Notes: generated by a model not told the origin, from the sequence alone. A stretch of 63,950 nucleotides of DNA, filler included, from Hyphochytrium catenoides (GCA_900088475.1; 12 parts of 12 records of this genome joined end to end with filler, not necessarily neighbours in it); one strand, 5' to 3'; shown: positions 39,120-52,170, counted from the first letter of the whole stretch. Numbers and translations are program-made.

Positions 39120-39933
39120 AAGGAATGTGGGACAGGTTCCTTCTTCTTTTCCTTTTGTCTCTCTCTCTCTCTCCCATGCCTCTCTTCTTTCCTCGGCCAT
39201 AGACTTGCCATACATTTCATATAGAAATAGATAAAAGCCCATTGTACCATTGGGGGTAGACAGAAGGCCAGGAAGGAAGAGGATGTGGGGGAGAGAGAAA
39301 CAGAAGAGTCAAATGGAGGAGAAGAGGAAGAGAGAGAAAAGAAGGAAAGAGAGAGCGGTTTCTCTCCTTTCCATACCATAAGTTGAGATAGAGATCCAGT
39401 CACTCAGGATCCTGCCGTGAGGTAACATTAAACATTAGAAGATCAATAATAAAGAGACAGTAGAATTAGCCTTACTCTCTCTCTCTCTCTCTCTCTCTCG
39501 TTTCTCATCAGTCGATTTCAGGTAATTTCTCCCTTGTGCTCTCTCTCTCTCTCCTCTTACTCTTTTTTAGACTCTCTCTATGGCCCTCTAGGGTCCGCTG
39601 TCATTTTCCTCTTTCTTCCTGCTCTCTTCCCTCTTCTAACCTCTTTATTGTTCCACCACATTTTCTTATAGTGTAAGAGAGAGAAGGTTAGGCACCAGAG
39701 GCAAAAGAAGAGAGAGAGAGAAAAGGTAGTAGAAAAGAGAACGAGCATTAATTACTGAGTACTCTCTAGGCAAGAGAGAGAGAGAGAGAAAGCCCAAGAG
39801 AGAGCATGAAACACTGCTGGTACTTGCCAAGTTTAGCTTAAGATTAGCTGTTAAAGAGAGCGAAAGGGACCGAAGAGAGGGAGAGAGAGAGAGAGAGAGC
39901 AAAGAGCAATCAATAAATAGAGAATACACTCCC

Positions 39934-40308
39934 TCACTTCTTTCCTTCAGCTTTCTCGACGGAGACAGAAGATGAGGAGGGAGGGAGAAGAAGAGACGTT
40001 GAAGACCCAGCAAGAGAGAGACGAGAGCCGTCTTCTTTCTGCCCTGACGCAGTCTCTTTTCTCTTCTCTCTCGCGAGAGAGAGAGCAGCCAGTCTCCCTG
40101 CCTTTCTCAGCTGAAATCTGCTCTTTTCTCTGTTTCCTGCCTCGAGTCTGCTCTTAAGAAACATGTCGATCCGCTGTTCAAAAGGAACAAAAGGACTGGG
40201 ATATTTATACAGAGCAACGGCCGAAATGGCCAAGAGAAACTCCGTGTAGGTCATCTCTTCCTTGTTTGACCAGCGAGAGCCTGGGGGGAAAGAGAGAGAA
40301 AGAGAGAG

Positions 40309-40345
<37 letters not shown>

Positions 40346-41195
40346 TGGGGAAGAAACGCGAGAGGGAGAGAGGGGGGGGGCAAGAAACAGAGATGAGAGA
40401 GAGAGAGAGAAAAAGGAAACAGAGAGAGAAGATTTTTGTGGTCAAGAGCAGGACGAGAGTGAAAGGGAAAGGAAAGTAGGAATATAAAGGGAGGAGAAGG
40501 CAGAGCAGGAAGAGAACCAGGAGAGACGGAGATGGAGAGAGAAAGAGCAGTGTCAAAGAGATGGAGGTGGGAAGATGAGGAGAAAGCGAGAGAGAAAGAT
40601 GTTCGAGAAGAGAGAGAGGTTAGATCTGACAATGAGGAAGAGAAAAAAACAGAGGCGCAGATGAGATGAAAAGAGTGTCCCTGCCCCGGACAAGGGAGAG
40701 AGCAGAAGAGATAAAAACTGCAAGAACAAAGGAGACAAAACTAGCCCTGCCAAAGGATAAGAACCGGAAGAGAGAAAGAGAGAGAGAGGATCAAACAGAA
40801 GTAAGAGAGAGAGAACGGGAGAGAGAGAGAGGAGACAGGGAGAGGGAAAGACAGGGAACGATCGAACGCCGTCGCCGGTCTTTTAGTCCTACTCGTGCCG
40901 GCAATGCCTTACTGGCTTCTCTCTCTCTGTCTCTCTCTCTTTCTCTTTCTCTCTCTCTCTCTCTTCCCAAGTTCTCACCTTCTGACTCAAACTCGTCTTC
41001 ATCATCGTCTTGAATGCTCTCGAAGACGTGCTGGATCGCCTTCTCTCCAAAACTGTCAGAGATAACGCCAAGATCTTTGAGAAGGAAAGAGAATTCTTTG
41101 AGAGACATGCACCGTCCGTCTTCCTCTTCCTCCTGAGCATTTGACTGGGCATAGCTTTTGAAAATCTGCTGCAGTTGGAACCTGAGAAGAGAGAG

Positions 41196-41234
<39 letters not shown>

Positions 41235-41547
41235 AGAGACGAGGTTAGCAGAGAGTGTGGCAAGAAAGTAGTGAAGAGAGAGGATAAGAAAATGGCAGGA
41301 GAGAGAGATAAGGCGAGAGAAACTCAGCGCTTGATAGAAGGCGTCGGGAAGAAAGGAGAGACGGACCGGTACTCTACTCTTGTCTCTCTGTCTCTCTCTG
41401 TGTCTCTCTCTTTCTCTCTGTCTCTCTCGCACTCTCTCTTTCTTTCTCTGTCTATGTATGATTCGCTAGCCTCTTCATAGGCTCCTCTAACTTTTTCTGT
41501 CGCCCTCTTCTCTTCAGCCTGCCTTTATTTGTTATCTTATCTCTCAT

Positions 41548-41606
<59 letters not shown>

Positions 41607-42415
41607 ATGTTACCTGTACTTGATGAGGACGAGTTGAACTCGAGGTGCACTGCACTGCTGCTTGAAATAGTCCGCTGACGACATATGCGCATGAGGAAGC
41701 AGAGTCACCTCAATAAACCTTTGAGAGCAAAGAAGAGAGAGAGAGAGAGAGAGACGGAAAGCAAAAGAGAGAGAGAGAGACAGAGAGAGAGAGAGTGGAG
41801 AAGCGAGAGAGAGTGAGAAATTCGCGGCTTTTTCGTCTGATCTACGGCTCGGTGACCCCTCTCTGTCTCTCTCTCCTCTCTCTCTCTTCCTCGCTGTTTC
41901 GTTCTTCCTCCTTTGATCTCCCTTCTTAATGCTCCTAACCGTCTCTCTCATCCTATGCCTCTTCTACCTATCACTTTCTTCTCTCTCTCTCTCTCTCTCT
42001 CTCGTTTACCTGCTAAGAAGAGTGGAAAGTCTCTTGTGTTGTCCTGCTTTCTCTTGCTCCGACCGTGCGGAGTGTGCGAGGATAATCAATGCTGTTGAAA
42101 ACTGCGCGCCAGTCATCTCCACCTCTTTCTCTTCTTCTGTCTCTTCCCTTCACGTGGAAAGAACGAGGACAAGAGAGAGAAAGAGAGAGAGAGAGAGAAA
42201 GAGAGAGAGATGTAAAGGACAAGAAGTGTTCAGACCAAGGGCAAAACAACCATAGTGAAGATATTTGTCACCCCTGTCTCTCTCTCTCTCTTTGTCTCTC
42301 CTCTTTCCCTCTCTCTCTCTCTCTTCCCTATAACCTCTTTCTCCTATTCTCAGCTGCCTCATGTTCTAGGCCTCTAATGTCCTTCTCTTTGCCTCCCTCT
42401 GAACATCTCGATCGT

Positions 42416-42461
<46 letters not shown>

Positions 42462-43522
42462 CTCCTCTCTCTTTCCTGTTTTCACATCTCACCTTGTCTC
42501 TCCTCCTGTCGCGGCTAGGAAGAAGATATTGTTGGCGGTCTGGAGAGAGAGATCTGCGGGAGGAATGTTCATGTCCACCACCAACTCTCTCCACTCGTCA
42601 AGAGAGAGAGACTGTTTCTCTCCCTCCCCAAGGGCAGCGTAGGAGTTGAAGATACGACGGAGCTGGTTGCCGTACCTAAGAATCAAAGAAAAAAAGACGA
42701 GAGAGAGAGAGACAGAGACAGAGAGACGGAGAAGGAAGAGAGAGACGGGGCAAATTCGGGCAGGTTACGCCCAGGGGGCAGACAGATATAGTAGTAAGGA
42801 CTGTGAATGTCTCTCTGTGTGTCTCTCTCTCTCTCTCTTCTTGTCTTCATACGCTCTCCTTTTTGCTTTCCTCTCTTTTTCTTTCCCTTCTATCCACCCC
42901 TGACAATTCTTAATGACTGGTACAACAGCTATTGACTGTCTCTCTCTTCTCTTCTCTTCGACCCTATCTTTTCTTTCTCTCTTCTCTCTCCCTTCAGCTT
43001 CTCTCGCTTTTTACTGCCTCTTCCTCTCTTCCTTAGTCTCCATGCACTCCGCTTCTTTCTCGACCCTTCTACCTCATGACTCTCTTCTTTCTCTCTCTCT
43101 CTCTCTCTCTTCCTCTCTCTTCCTCTCTCTTTCTCGCTCTCTCTTTAGGTGTCTCTTTCTTTCTGCTTCTCTCTCCCTTTCTCTATCCTTCTCTCCTTAC
43201 CTATTGAGAACCACTTCTAAGCTGTTGATCTCTGCCTGTTGGTTGGCCTCTTTCTGAAGGAGAGGCCGTAGGGGCTTTGGATTCACCTAAAACAGGAGAG
43301 AGACAGAGAAAGATGTAGAGAGAAAGAGAGACAGAGAAAGAGAGAAGAGAGAAGTAAAGGAGAGAATAGATTAGACATTTGAATCTGAGAGAAAGGGAGA
43401 GAGAAAGAACGAAAGAGAGAGGGCGGAGAAGAAGGAGTTGCGGAAAGGAAGGAGTAATAAGAGGAGGAGGAAAGAACTGTTTGACTTTGGAACAAGTTCT
43501 GACATCGAAATAGGCAGCAGTA

Positions 43523-43553
<31 letters not shown>

Positions 43554-43970
43554 CGGAGAGAGACGGAGAGAGAGAGAGAGCTTGCCTTAGTAAAGTCATT
43601 CTCAATGCTTGCTTTTATTCTCTTGTTCTGGCCCACAGCTTGCTTCATCGCTTCCAAGAAGGAGTGAATCTTTTGCACCGGCTGGGAAGAAAGAGGAGAG
43701 AGAGAAGAGAGAGACACCGAGAGAGGCAAGCTTTCTCAGTCCTAATGCCACAGTTATCTATCCAGTCAGTCGTCTTCTTTCTCTCTTGCCCTGGTCCTCT
43801 ATACTTTAATAATCTCTTCCTCTCTGTTTTTCCCTCTCTCTCTCTCTCCCTTTTACCCTCTCTCTCCTCACGCAAACCCACCGAACTCTGTCTCTTTCTC
43901 TCTCTCTCTCGCTCACAGTTATTCTCTCTCTCTCTCCTTACCACACACTATCTCTTTCATTTACTTATCT

Positions 43971-44024
<54 letters not shown>

Positions 44025-45487
44025 NNNNNNNNNNNNNNNNNNNNNNNNNNNNNNNNNNNNNNNNNNNNNNGGAACCCACGTAGGGCTTGTAGCTGGAGAG
44101 AGAGAGGGGGGGGGAGAGAGAGAGAGAAAAGGGGGAGAGAGAGGGAGAGAGAGAGAGAAGAAGAAGAGAGAGAGAGAGGGAAGAGAGAGAGAGAGAGATA
44201 AGAGGGTCTGAGAAATACGAGAGGGTTGGAAGAAAAATAGGAGACGAAAGAGTCCTAGGAGAACAGAGAGAGAGGGGCAGATTGATATATAAACAGAGAG
44301 TTGGGAGAGAGAGAGTAGAGAGTAAAGGATAACAGAGAAGGAAAACAGAGAGGAAGAGAGAGGGAGGATAAGAGGAGAACAGAGTGAAAGAGAGAGAGAG
44401 AGAGAGCAAACGAGAAAGACCGAAAGAAAGGAAAGAAGAGAATGAGAGAAAAGGGAGAGGAGGACAGTTAGAAAGACACTCTTCCTCTACCTGCCAAGCG
44501 AGCATGCAGGCAGTTCTGGCAGTTTTCAAGAGAGAGACACAATCCTTTCTCTCGCTCATCAGCGCCTTCACCTTCAGCTGGATCACCTCCAAATATTCTG
44601 AGAGATAAGCGTTCTGCTCCGATCCTGAGATGGCAGAGATCACGCCTGAACGAAGAGAAGGGAGAGAGAGAGAAAGTGAGAGAGAGAGATGGAGAAGGAG
44701 TTGACGAAACAGATCGAGAGAGAAGGGAAGAATGAGGGGAGGAGAGAGAGAGAGAGTGAAGGGTGCGGAGAGAAGAGGAGAGGATAGAGAGGAAGAGAAA
44801 ACGTGAGAGATGAGAGAAATAAGCGACGAGATGGGAAAGAGAGAGTAGAAAACCAGAGAAAAGAGGGAAACGAGAGAAGAGAGACAGCGGAAGGACAGGT
44901 GGAGAAGATAAGAGAACGGGGATGTAAATTATGGTTCCGCGCACAGAGAGAGAGAGAGACCCATTTTCTTTGGAGAAAGTCATGGCTGACCTTCACAACT
45001 GCGCCAGGTCTGCGCCATGATCTGGAAGAAAGTGTCTCTGCTGGACTCCAGCTCCCACTGAATAAGAGGAAGAGACAAAGGAAGAGAGAGAGAGCAATTA
45101 ACAGGAAAGATTGACAAGAGAGAGAAGAGAGAAGAATAAAGATGTGCGGTCAGACCACTATCAGAGCTCACTCTCTGTCTTTCGCGTTTACTGCCTCTCT
45201 TCTTCTCTCTCTCTCTCTTTCGTTTCTTGACAGTAACCTCAAGGAAAGGGTTACTCTCTCTTTCTTTCATCCTTCTCAGTCCCTCTCTCTGTCTCCTTTG
45301 TTTCTTGACAATATTGTTAGGACGAGATGAGTCCCTCCTTTCTTTTCAGTTTTCTCAGGGTATCTCTCCCTCTCTTTCTCTGTCTTACCTCTCTTCCTTT
45401 AAGAATAGCGGCCGCGGACATATCATCAGTCGTCAGCCGTAGCTCCTCCGCTGTCTTTATAAAGGTGGAGAAGCTTATTCCAGGCTC
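39934..45487 (-). CDS. Multi-exon (at least 10) protein with two EF-hand-like helical repeats; 5' end missing; one GC-AG intron (43287-43585)
   Basis: Repeated units LRRIFNSYA...LSLDEWRELVVDM and LQQIFKSYA...MSLKEFSFLLKDL, plus EMTYTEFLLAISAVA. Phases are consistent across the exons; stop TGA at 39934. Confidence 0.7.
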
Positions 45488-45491
45488 TAAA

Positions 45492-45551
<60 letters not shown>

Positions 45552-46499
45552 AAAAGGAGAGAAGAAAGAAGGAAGGGTGACATAGAGGAAGGAGAAGAGG
45601 TTAGGCAAAAAAGAAAAATGGTTTGCCATACGACGAATGTCAACTCTAACAACAAATGTTGGAACGCAGCACAGAGAAGAGAGAGAAAGAGAGAGAGAGA
45701 GAAGAGAAAGACCAAGAAGTGAGAGGACAAAGATCAGAAAAAAGCTTAAATGCGAAAGAGGGACAAAATGAAAGTGAGAGAGAGAGAGAGAGAGACAAAC
45801 AATGGAGATAAGAAAAGCAAGTATCAAACATAAATCACTTAGCTATTAGACGCTGGAACCATGAGAATGCAGAGTGAGAGCAGGCTCAGAGAGGAAGAGC
45901 AGGAAAAAGAGAGACAAAAAAAAAGAACGAGAGAGAGAGAGACAAAGCAGCAAGATGGAGAGGGAGAGAGAGAGAGAGGCAGAGATAGAAAGTGTGCTAA
46001 CCTAGGTAATGAGAGGGAGAGTTCATGGCGCACTGGATATATATCATCTCCGCTGTCATNNNNNNNNNNNNNNNNNNNNNNNNNNNNNNNNNNNNNNNNN
46101 NNNTTAATTAATTAANNNNNNNNNNNNNNNNNNNNNNNNNNNNNNNNNNNNNNNNNNNNACTCTTGCACTTGTAGGAGAAGAAAGACGAAAGAGGACCGA
46201 CCCCCAACTAATAATATGATTCTCTTCTCTCTTCTCTTCTTCTTCCTGTGCAGCCCGACTCTTAGAAAGAAAGACGAAAGAGGACCGAGCCCAACTAAGA
46301 CGATTCTCTTCTCTCTTCTCTTCCTCCCTGTGCCGCCTGCTGGGTTCTCCCATCAAAAGTAGCTAGCGCCGTAGTAGCAAGAAGAAGAGAAGAAGAAAGA
46401 AGAGGCTGCTGCTGCTGCTGGCTGCCGTCGGTCCGTAGCGATGGCGGCGGACCTAAGAAGAGAGCCAGGGCTTGAAGAGGAAGCGAGGCGAGGGACAAG

Positions 46500-47290
46500 G
46501 TCACAGCTCATCAGCAGCTGTCCTGCATCCGTCCTGGCTGGCGGGCTGCTGATGAGGAACATTATGACGGCCATTCTTCGGCTTCTGATCGATGAGAAGA
46601 AGAAAGAGAAACCCTTGGACGACCTTTCGTCTGAGCAGCAAGCCTTACACTGGCCCAAGCCCGGCCCACGATGTAATAATAATCATCCGGAAATTGTCTC
46701 AATTGCAATAGTAGTAGAGCTAATAGTGCCACATAGTAATATCTGGAGTACTTAGAAAAAAAGCAAAAAAGTGTGATGATGACAGTTGTGGTGACCTTAG
46801 GGATCAGCATGAGCGTGGTGGACGGTGTCCCACAGGCTGTCTCACGCTGTGCTTTGTGCTGCAGGAACGGGCGGACATACATCCTCCGCAGTAGATGATG
46901 ATGATCGAGGTGCTCAGACGCCTCCGCTCTCCTCAGTACCGACGGCGCCACTCATTCAATGTTGAGTCGATGGAGGACAGAGATAGTGACGGTCCGGTTG
47001 CGTGCCGCCGCCGCTAGCTGCTGCCGCTGCTCTATCAATCATCTGCGTTGTTGATGGTGGTTGTCCAACAGGCTCTCTTACGCTGTGCCTTGTGCTGAAG
47101 CAAGGGGCGGACATACATCCTCCGTGGTAGTAGATGAGGATGATGGACACGCCTCCGCCCTCCTTCAGTACCTACGGCGCCACTCACTCCTCATTGTTGA
47201 ATCGATGGAGGACACAGATAATAATTAATAATAGTGGTGACGGTCGCCTGCTGCCGCCCCGCGCTCTATCATCTGCGTTGGTTGCTGAGT
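46500..47290 (+). pseudogene. Possible degraded ankyrin-repeat sequence with an internal duplication (about 46868-47050 and 47106-47280)
   Basis: Fragments AILRLLIDE, QALHW...CNNNHPEIVSI, ALCCRNGRTYIL and ARGGHTSSV are interrupted by stops and frameshifts. The duplicated segment gggcggacatacatcctccg...atctgcgttg is visible. Confidence 0.4.
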
Positions 47291-47854
47291 AGCTCGCTCT
47301 GTTTTCCTGGAGGAACAGCAGTCGAACTGTCAGGCGAAGGANNNNNNNNNNNNNNNNNNNNNNNNNNNNNNNNNNNNNNNNNNNNTTAATTAATTAANNN
47401 NNNNNNNNNNNNNNNNNNNNNNNNNNNNNNNNNNNNNNNNNGAGCGCTAGAAGAACCTTCATCTCTCTCGCTCTTTCTCTTCTTATTGCTGCCAATGAAA
47501 GAATGGCGGGAATCTCCTTGCGTCTCTCCGATCAGATCTGCCAGTGAATCGAGGCTGTGACTCAGAGGAGAAGACGCTGGGACAAGTGACTTCCCCCGTC
47601 TGTGAGCTGATGTGGTCAATGTTAGCGGTATCTCCGACCATCTCCTGCGGCTTGTTCCTGTCTCTCTCTCTCTCTCTCTCTTGCTTCTCTCTGCCTGTTT
47701 GTCTGTCTATCTGCTCGGCGCGGTTGCCTCACCTCTCTAGATCCTGCCCCTACTTCCTATCTCATTCTTTGTCTTATCTTCTCTCTTCCCTCTCCCTCCT
47801 CTCTCTCCCTCCTCTCTCTCCCTCCTCTCTCTCCCTCTCTCTCCCTCTCTCTCC

Positions 47855-47889
<35 letters not shown>

Positions 47890-48883
47890 CCTCTCTCTTT
47901 CCCTCTCTCTTTCCCTCTCTCTCGTCCCTTTCTCTCTTTCTCTCCTCTCTCTCTCTCTCTTTCTTTTTCTCTCGCTCTATCGCTCTCTCTCTCTTTCTCT
48001 CTCTCTCTCTCGGCGCCCCCCTTGGTTAATTAAGTCGCTTTCTCTACCTTCATGTCTTTCTGACAGTCTTTGCCCCTGTCTAATTGTCTACCGAATCAAG
48101 TCTGTCTATATCTCACTTGTCTAGAGCCTCTTTGTATCTAGGGGTTGTCGTGATCTGTCTCGTGATCGCTTACAGCACTTATTTCTCCTCATTCTTTCTT
48201 TGCCATCTCACTCTATCTCAATTATCCGAAGGTATACGAATGATAAACGATGTCTCTGAAAGAGCTGTAGCATCTCTGTGGTCTCTGTCTATGAAGTAAA
48301 AAACGTTTTACGAAGGAAGAGATGATGAGCATCAAAGATTCGAGTGCTGAATAAATGTATGGACAATAGCGATAAACCAATGGAAAGGAGTGGAGAAGGG
48401 AATCTTTTCGGCAATTTTGATTGGCTGTTGTACGACGATGTTTAGAACTGAAGGACTGCCTACCTGCCAGGTTCTAAATCTACATACACAAAGTACCAGA
48501 AGCTGGAGAAGCTTGTATTTGATGGGGAATCTTAGGTCCTACCAGGAGCATTCACCACAAAATCGTGAAACTACTCGAGCTATAACCCGGGCTAACTTGC
48601 ATCCGCCTGTCTTAAAGTTGAAGATTTGACTATTACCCTATTTCGGGTTAGTGCTAACCCGAGCCTATTTGGGTAGTTTAGGTTTTATTCTGTTCCTATA
48701 CTTTGGGTCCAACCTATCAACTTGAAGAGGAAGTGGAATAAACAAATTTTGAACAGAGCAAGAAGAGAGAAAGAGAACGAGAGAGATACAGACGAGATAG
48801 AGAGATAGAGGAAGAGAGACAGAGAAGAGAGATACAGTGAGAGAGAGAGGGAGAGACACAGAGAGAGAGCTACAGAGAGAGAG

Positions 48884-48961
<78 letters not shown>

Positions 48962-49752
48962 GGACAATCTGACAGCGTGCCTGCTCATGCAGTTCATCTG
49001 CTACTGTACCTGAGAGAGCAAGCAGTCACACATTGAGAGACAACGAGAGAAGCAGGGAAAGAGAGAGAGTCTTGAGGTGACGCAAGGAATCGCTTCAATA
49101 CACTCAATCACAAAGGGTGCCTCTGCTTGGCCCGGGAAGAGACTCTAAGAGAAAGAGAGCGTTGATCTTTATTAGGGAAACACCTCTAACACTCTAGCGT
49201 CAGACCAACAGAAGAGCTGCAATGCTTTGATAAGTTGCCAGGCAGCTCCTAGACCATCTCGTACCCCGAGTGTCTACGGCGCCTGAGCACTAGAGCTGCC
49301 GCCACAATGACCCCACCCACAGACAGCAGGAGCCAGATGGCAGTGTGCAGACTGCTATCAGCAGCAGCGTTTTTCCGCTTTGTCCGGTCTCCATCTGTAG
49401 GCTTAGGTCCTGTCTCGCTGCTTTCGTGCTCTACCCAGATCGAAGGACCTTCATAGCCACAGATCTCTTGCCAAGTGCNNNNNNNNNNNNNNNNNNNNNN
49501 NNNNNNNNNNNNNNNNNNNNNNTTAATTAATTAANNNNNNNNNNNNNNNNNNNNNNNNNNNNNNNNNNNNNNNNNNNNCTCTCTCTCTCGGTCTCTCTCT
49601 CTTGGTCTCTTTGGCTCTCGCCTGGAAGATCTGGCGCAAGCTCTGCCTGGCGCTACTGCCGCTCATCTTTCCTCCTTCCACCCGCAGCTCAAAGCTCCAC
49701 TAGAAGCTCAGAGACCGCAGAGCACCGTCTCCATAATAAACCTTAAGGAACC

Positions 49753-51088
49753 ATGGGAGTCCGCACCAAGACCGTGAAGAAGTCTGCAGCGCAGATCATC
49801 GAGAAATATTACTCTCGTTTGACCCTCGACTTCCACTCTAACAAGAGAGTTGTCGATGAGGTTGCCATCGTTCCTTCCAAGAGAATGAGGAACAAGATTG
49901 CTGGGTACATCACCCACTATATGAAGAGACTGCAGAAGGGCACCGTCCGCGGTATCTCTCTCAAGCTTCAGGAGGAAGAGAGAGAGAGACGCATGGACTT
50001 CGTCCCTGAGAGATCTGCCATTGACCTTGATGTCATTGAGGTAAGAGTCGATAACAAGCGAAGAGAGAGAGAGAGAGACAGAGAGAGAGATGGAAGCGTT
50101 GGCAAACATAGTCGGATGGTTTTCTCTCGCTTCCTTCTTAAGAGTCTTTCTTTCTCATTTGTTTGCTCTTTCTCTCTCTTTTTTTCTCTCTTCTTCTGCA
50201 GGTTGACCAGGACACCAAGGACCTTCTTGAGGCTCTGGACATGAAGGATCTGCCAAAGATCCAGCTGGCTCAGGTAACAAACATGAGGAGAGGAGAGAGA
50301 GAGAGAAAGACAATGCGGAACCGTTGAAAGTTTTGTTGTGGACCCATTGTGCCGTCGTAAGGGGCGGGGGAGGAGACGAGGGAGAGAGAAAGAAGGGCAG
50401 ACAGCGGAGATGAAGAGATGAGGAGTTCGCTTTCCCTGTATTAGGGGAGCGTCTCTCTCTCTTCCTATTCCGTCTGCTCTTTCCTCCTTTCTCTCTCTTT
50501 CTCTCTCTTCTCTTTGCCTGGACGGAGAGAGATGCTGGAGCAACAAAATGACGGTGAACCCATTGAAAGGATCTTCAAGATCCTTCTGTCTCTCCTCTCC
50601 CGACACTATTTCTCTCTTCTCTCTGCAAAGAGAGAGAGAGATAAAGGGAAGAAAAACGATGACAGGACTCCGTGGTGCTTTGCGTGCCAGCTTGCGAGTC
50701 TCTTTGCGGTGTCACCGAGCAGGCTGACTTCTGCTCTACTAGCCTGCTCTACTAGCCTGCTCTACTTTCCCTCTCTCTCTTTGTGTGTATGTCTCTCTCT
50801 CTCTCTTTTGTGCCCTCTCTCTCTCTCCTCTCTCTATTCCCCTTCGCATCTTTCTTGAACGCGACGGCACAGCATCAGCAATGGGCAACCCAACAAACAC
50901 TGAAAACGGTTCTGCGCGTGAGGATGGCGCGTTTTCTAACCTTGCTTTGCCCATCGAACCTCTATCATGCTCTCTCCCTCTTCTCTGTCTATTCTCTCTC
51001 TCTCTCTCTCTCTCTCCCCTGACAGGCTCCTGGCCGCGGCCACCGTGGCGAGCGCCGCCATGACAGGGAGCACCGCCAGAAGGAATAA
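49753..51088 (+). CDS. RPS17: 40S ribosomal protein S17 (eS17); exons 49753-50040, 50202-50273, 51026-51088
   Basis: [55 protein letters not shown]...[21 protein letters not shown]; exon 2 reads VDQDTKDLL. The last exon is inferred from GACAG|GCT and a TAA stop. Confidence 0.95.
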
Positions 51089-51867
51089 GCAAGCCATCCT
51101 AGCGGAAGAAGGAGGAGAAGGAGGAAGATATCGACATTCCCTTGAAGCTCAAGAAGAAAGAGAACAGTCTCTCTCTCTCTCTTGCTAGCTTCGCTTGTCT
51201 TTCCTATCTATAAGAAAGAAAGAGGAATAAATGGATTCATCAGTCTCTGCAACAAATGCTAGGGCCCTTTTCTTTCTTTATTTTTCTGAAAGAGAAGGTG
51301 GAGATCAAAGCTTAGAGAGAGAGAAAGAGAGAGACAAGATTTTCGACCCCTATGCTAAAGACTAGCAACTTCGTTGTTGAAGAGAGAGAGAGAGACAGGA
51401 ACAAGAGGTAGATACTTGATAAGGTCAGGGCTTGCCTAGCGCGAAGATATAGAAGAGCAAGAGAGACGAGCTCATCATGCCAGAAAAGAGTCGACTGCGT
51501 CCCATGCCGACTTGAAAAGGCAGGAGAATTGACCGGAGTCGTATGACCAGCATAATTGTGAAAGAGAGAGAGGACAGATCTGAGCAAAGAAAGAGAGAGA
51601 GAGAGAGAGCTTCAGTCCTATTGGTGACAAACGTCTTGGCTTTTGACTTAAATATTTTCTGGTCTCTCTTCCCACTTACTGTCAGTCCAAATAAATAGAT
51701 AAACCTAACTTACATCTCTCTCCTTCTCTCTCGCCCCTATCACTCTCCATTCTCCCTCAAGCCTGCCTTTCTCTCTCTCTCTTGTTCTCTTTCTCTTCCC
51801 TCTTTCTCTCTTCTTCTCCCCATCCTTTTCTCTCTTCCGTCCTCCGTCTTCTTGCCTGCTCTGGGTA

Positions 51868-52124
51868 CTAAATGTGTAGGACTTCTTCCCCCATCGACGC
51901 CGTTCTTTTGACTGCTGCCGCGGCTTTTAATGCGCAGAGCTCCTCCGTCTCCCGCTGGCTCTCCGCCTCCTTGGCTTCGGGGTGATAGAAGAGAACCTTT
52001 ATGATATTTTGCAAGCGGAGACAGAGCAAGAGACAGAGAGGAGCGCGGCAAAGAGGAGAAGGACGAATGCTTAGAAGGAAAAGAGAGCCACAAGAGAGAG
52101 AACAAGGGGGAGAAATGGAATGAC

Positions 52125-52170
<46 letters not shown>

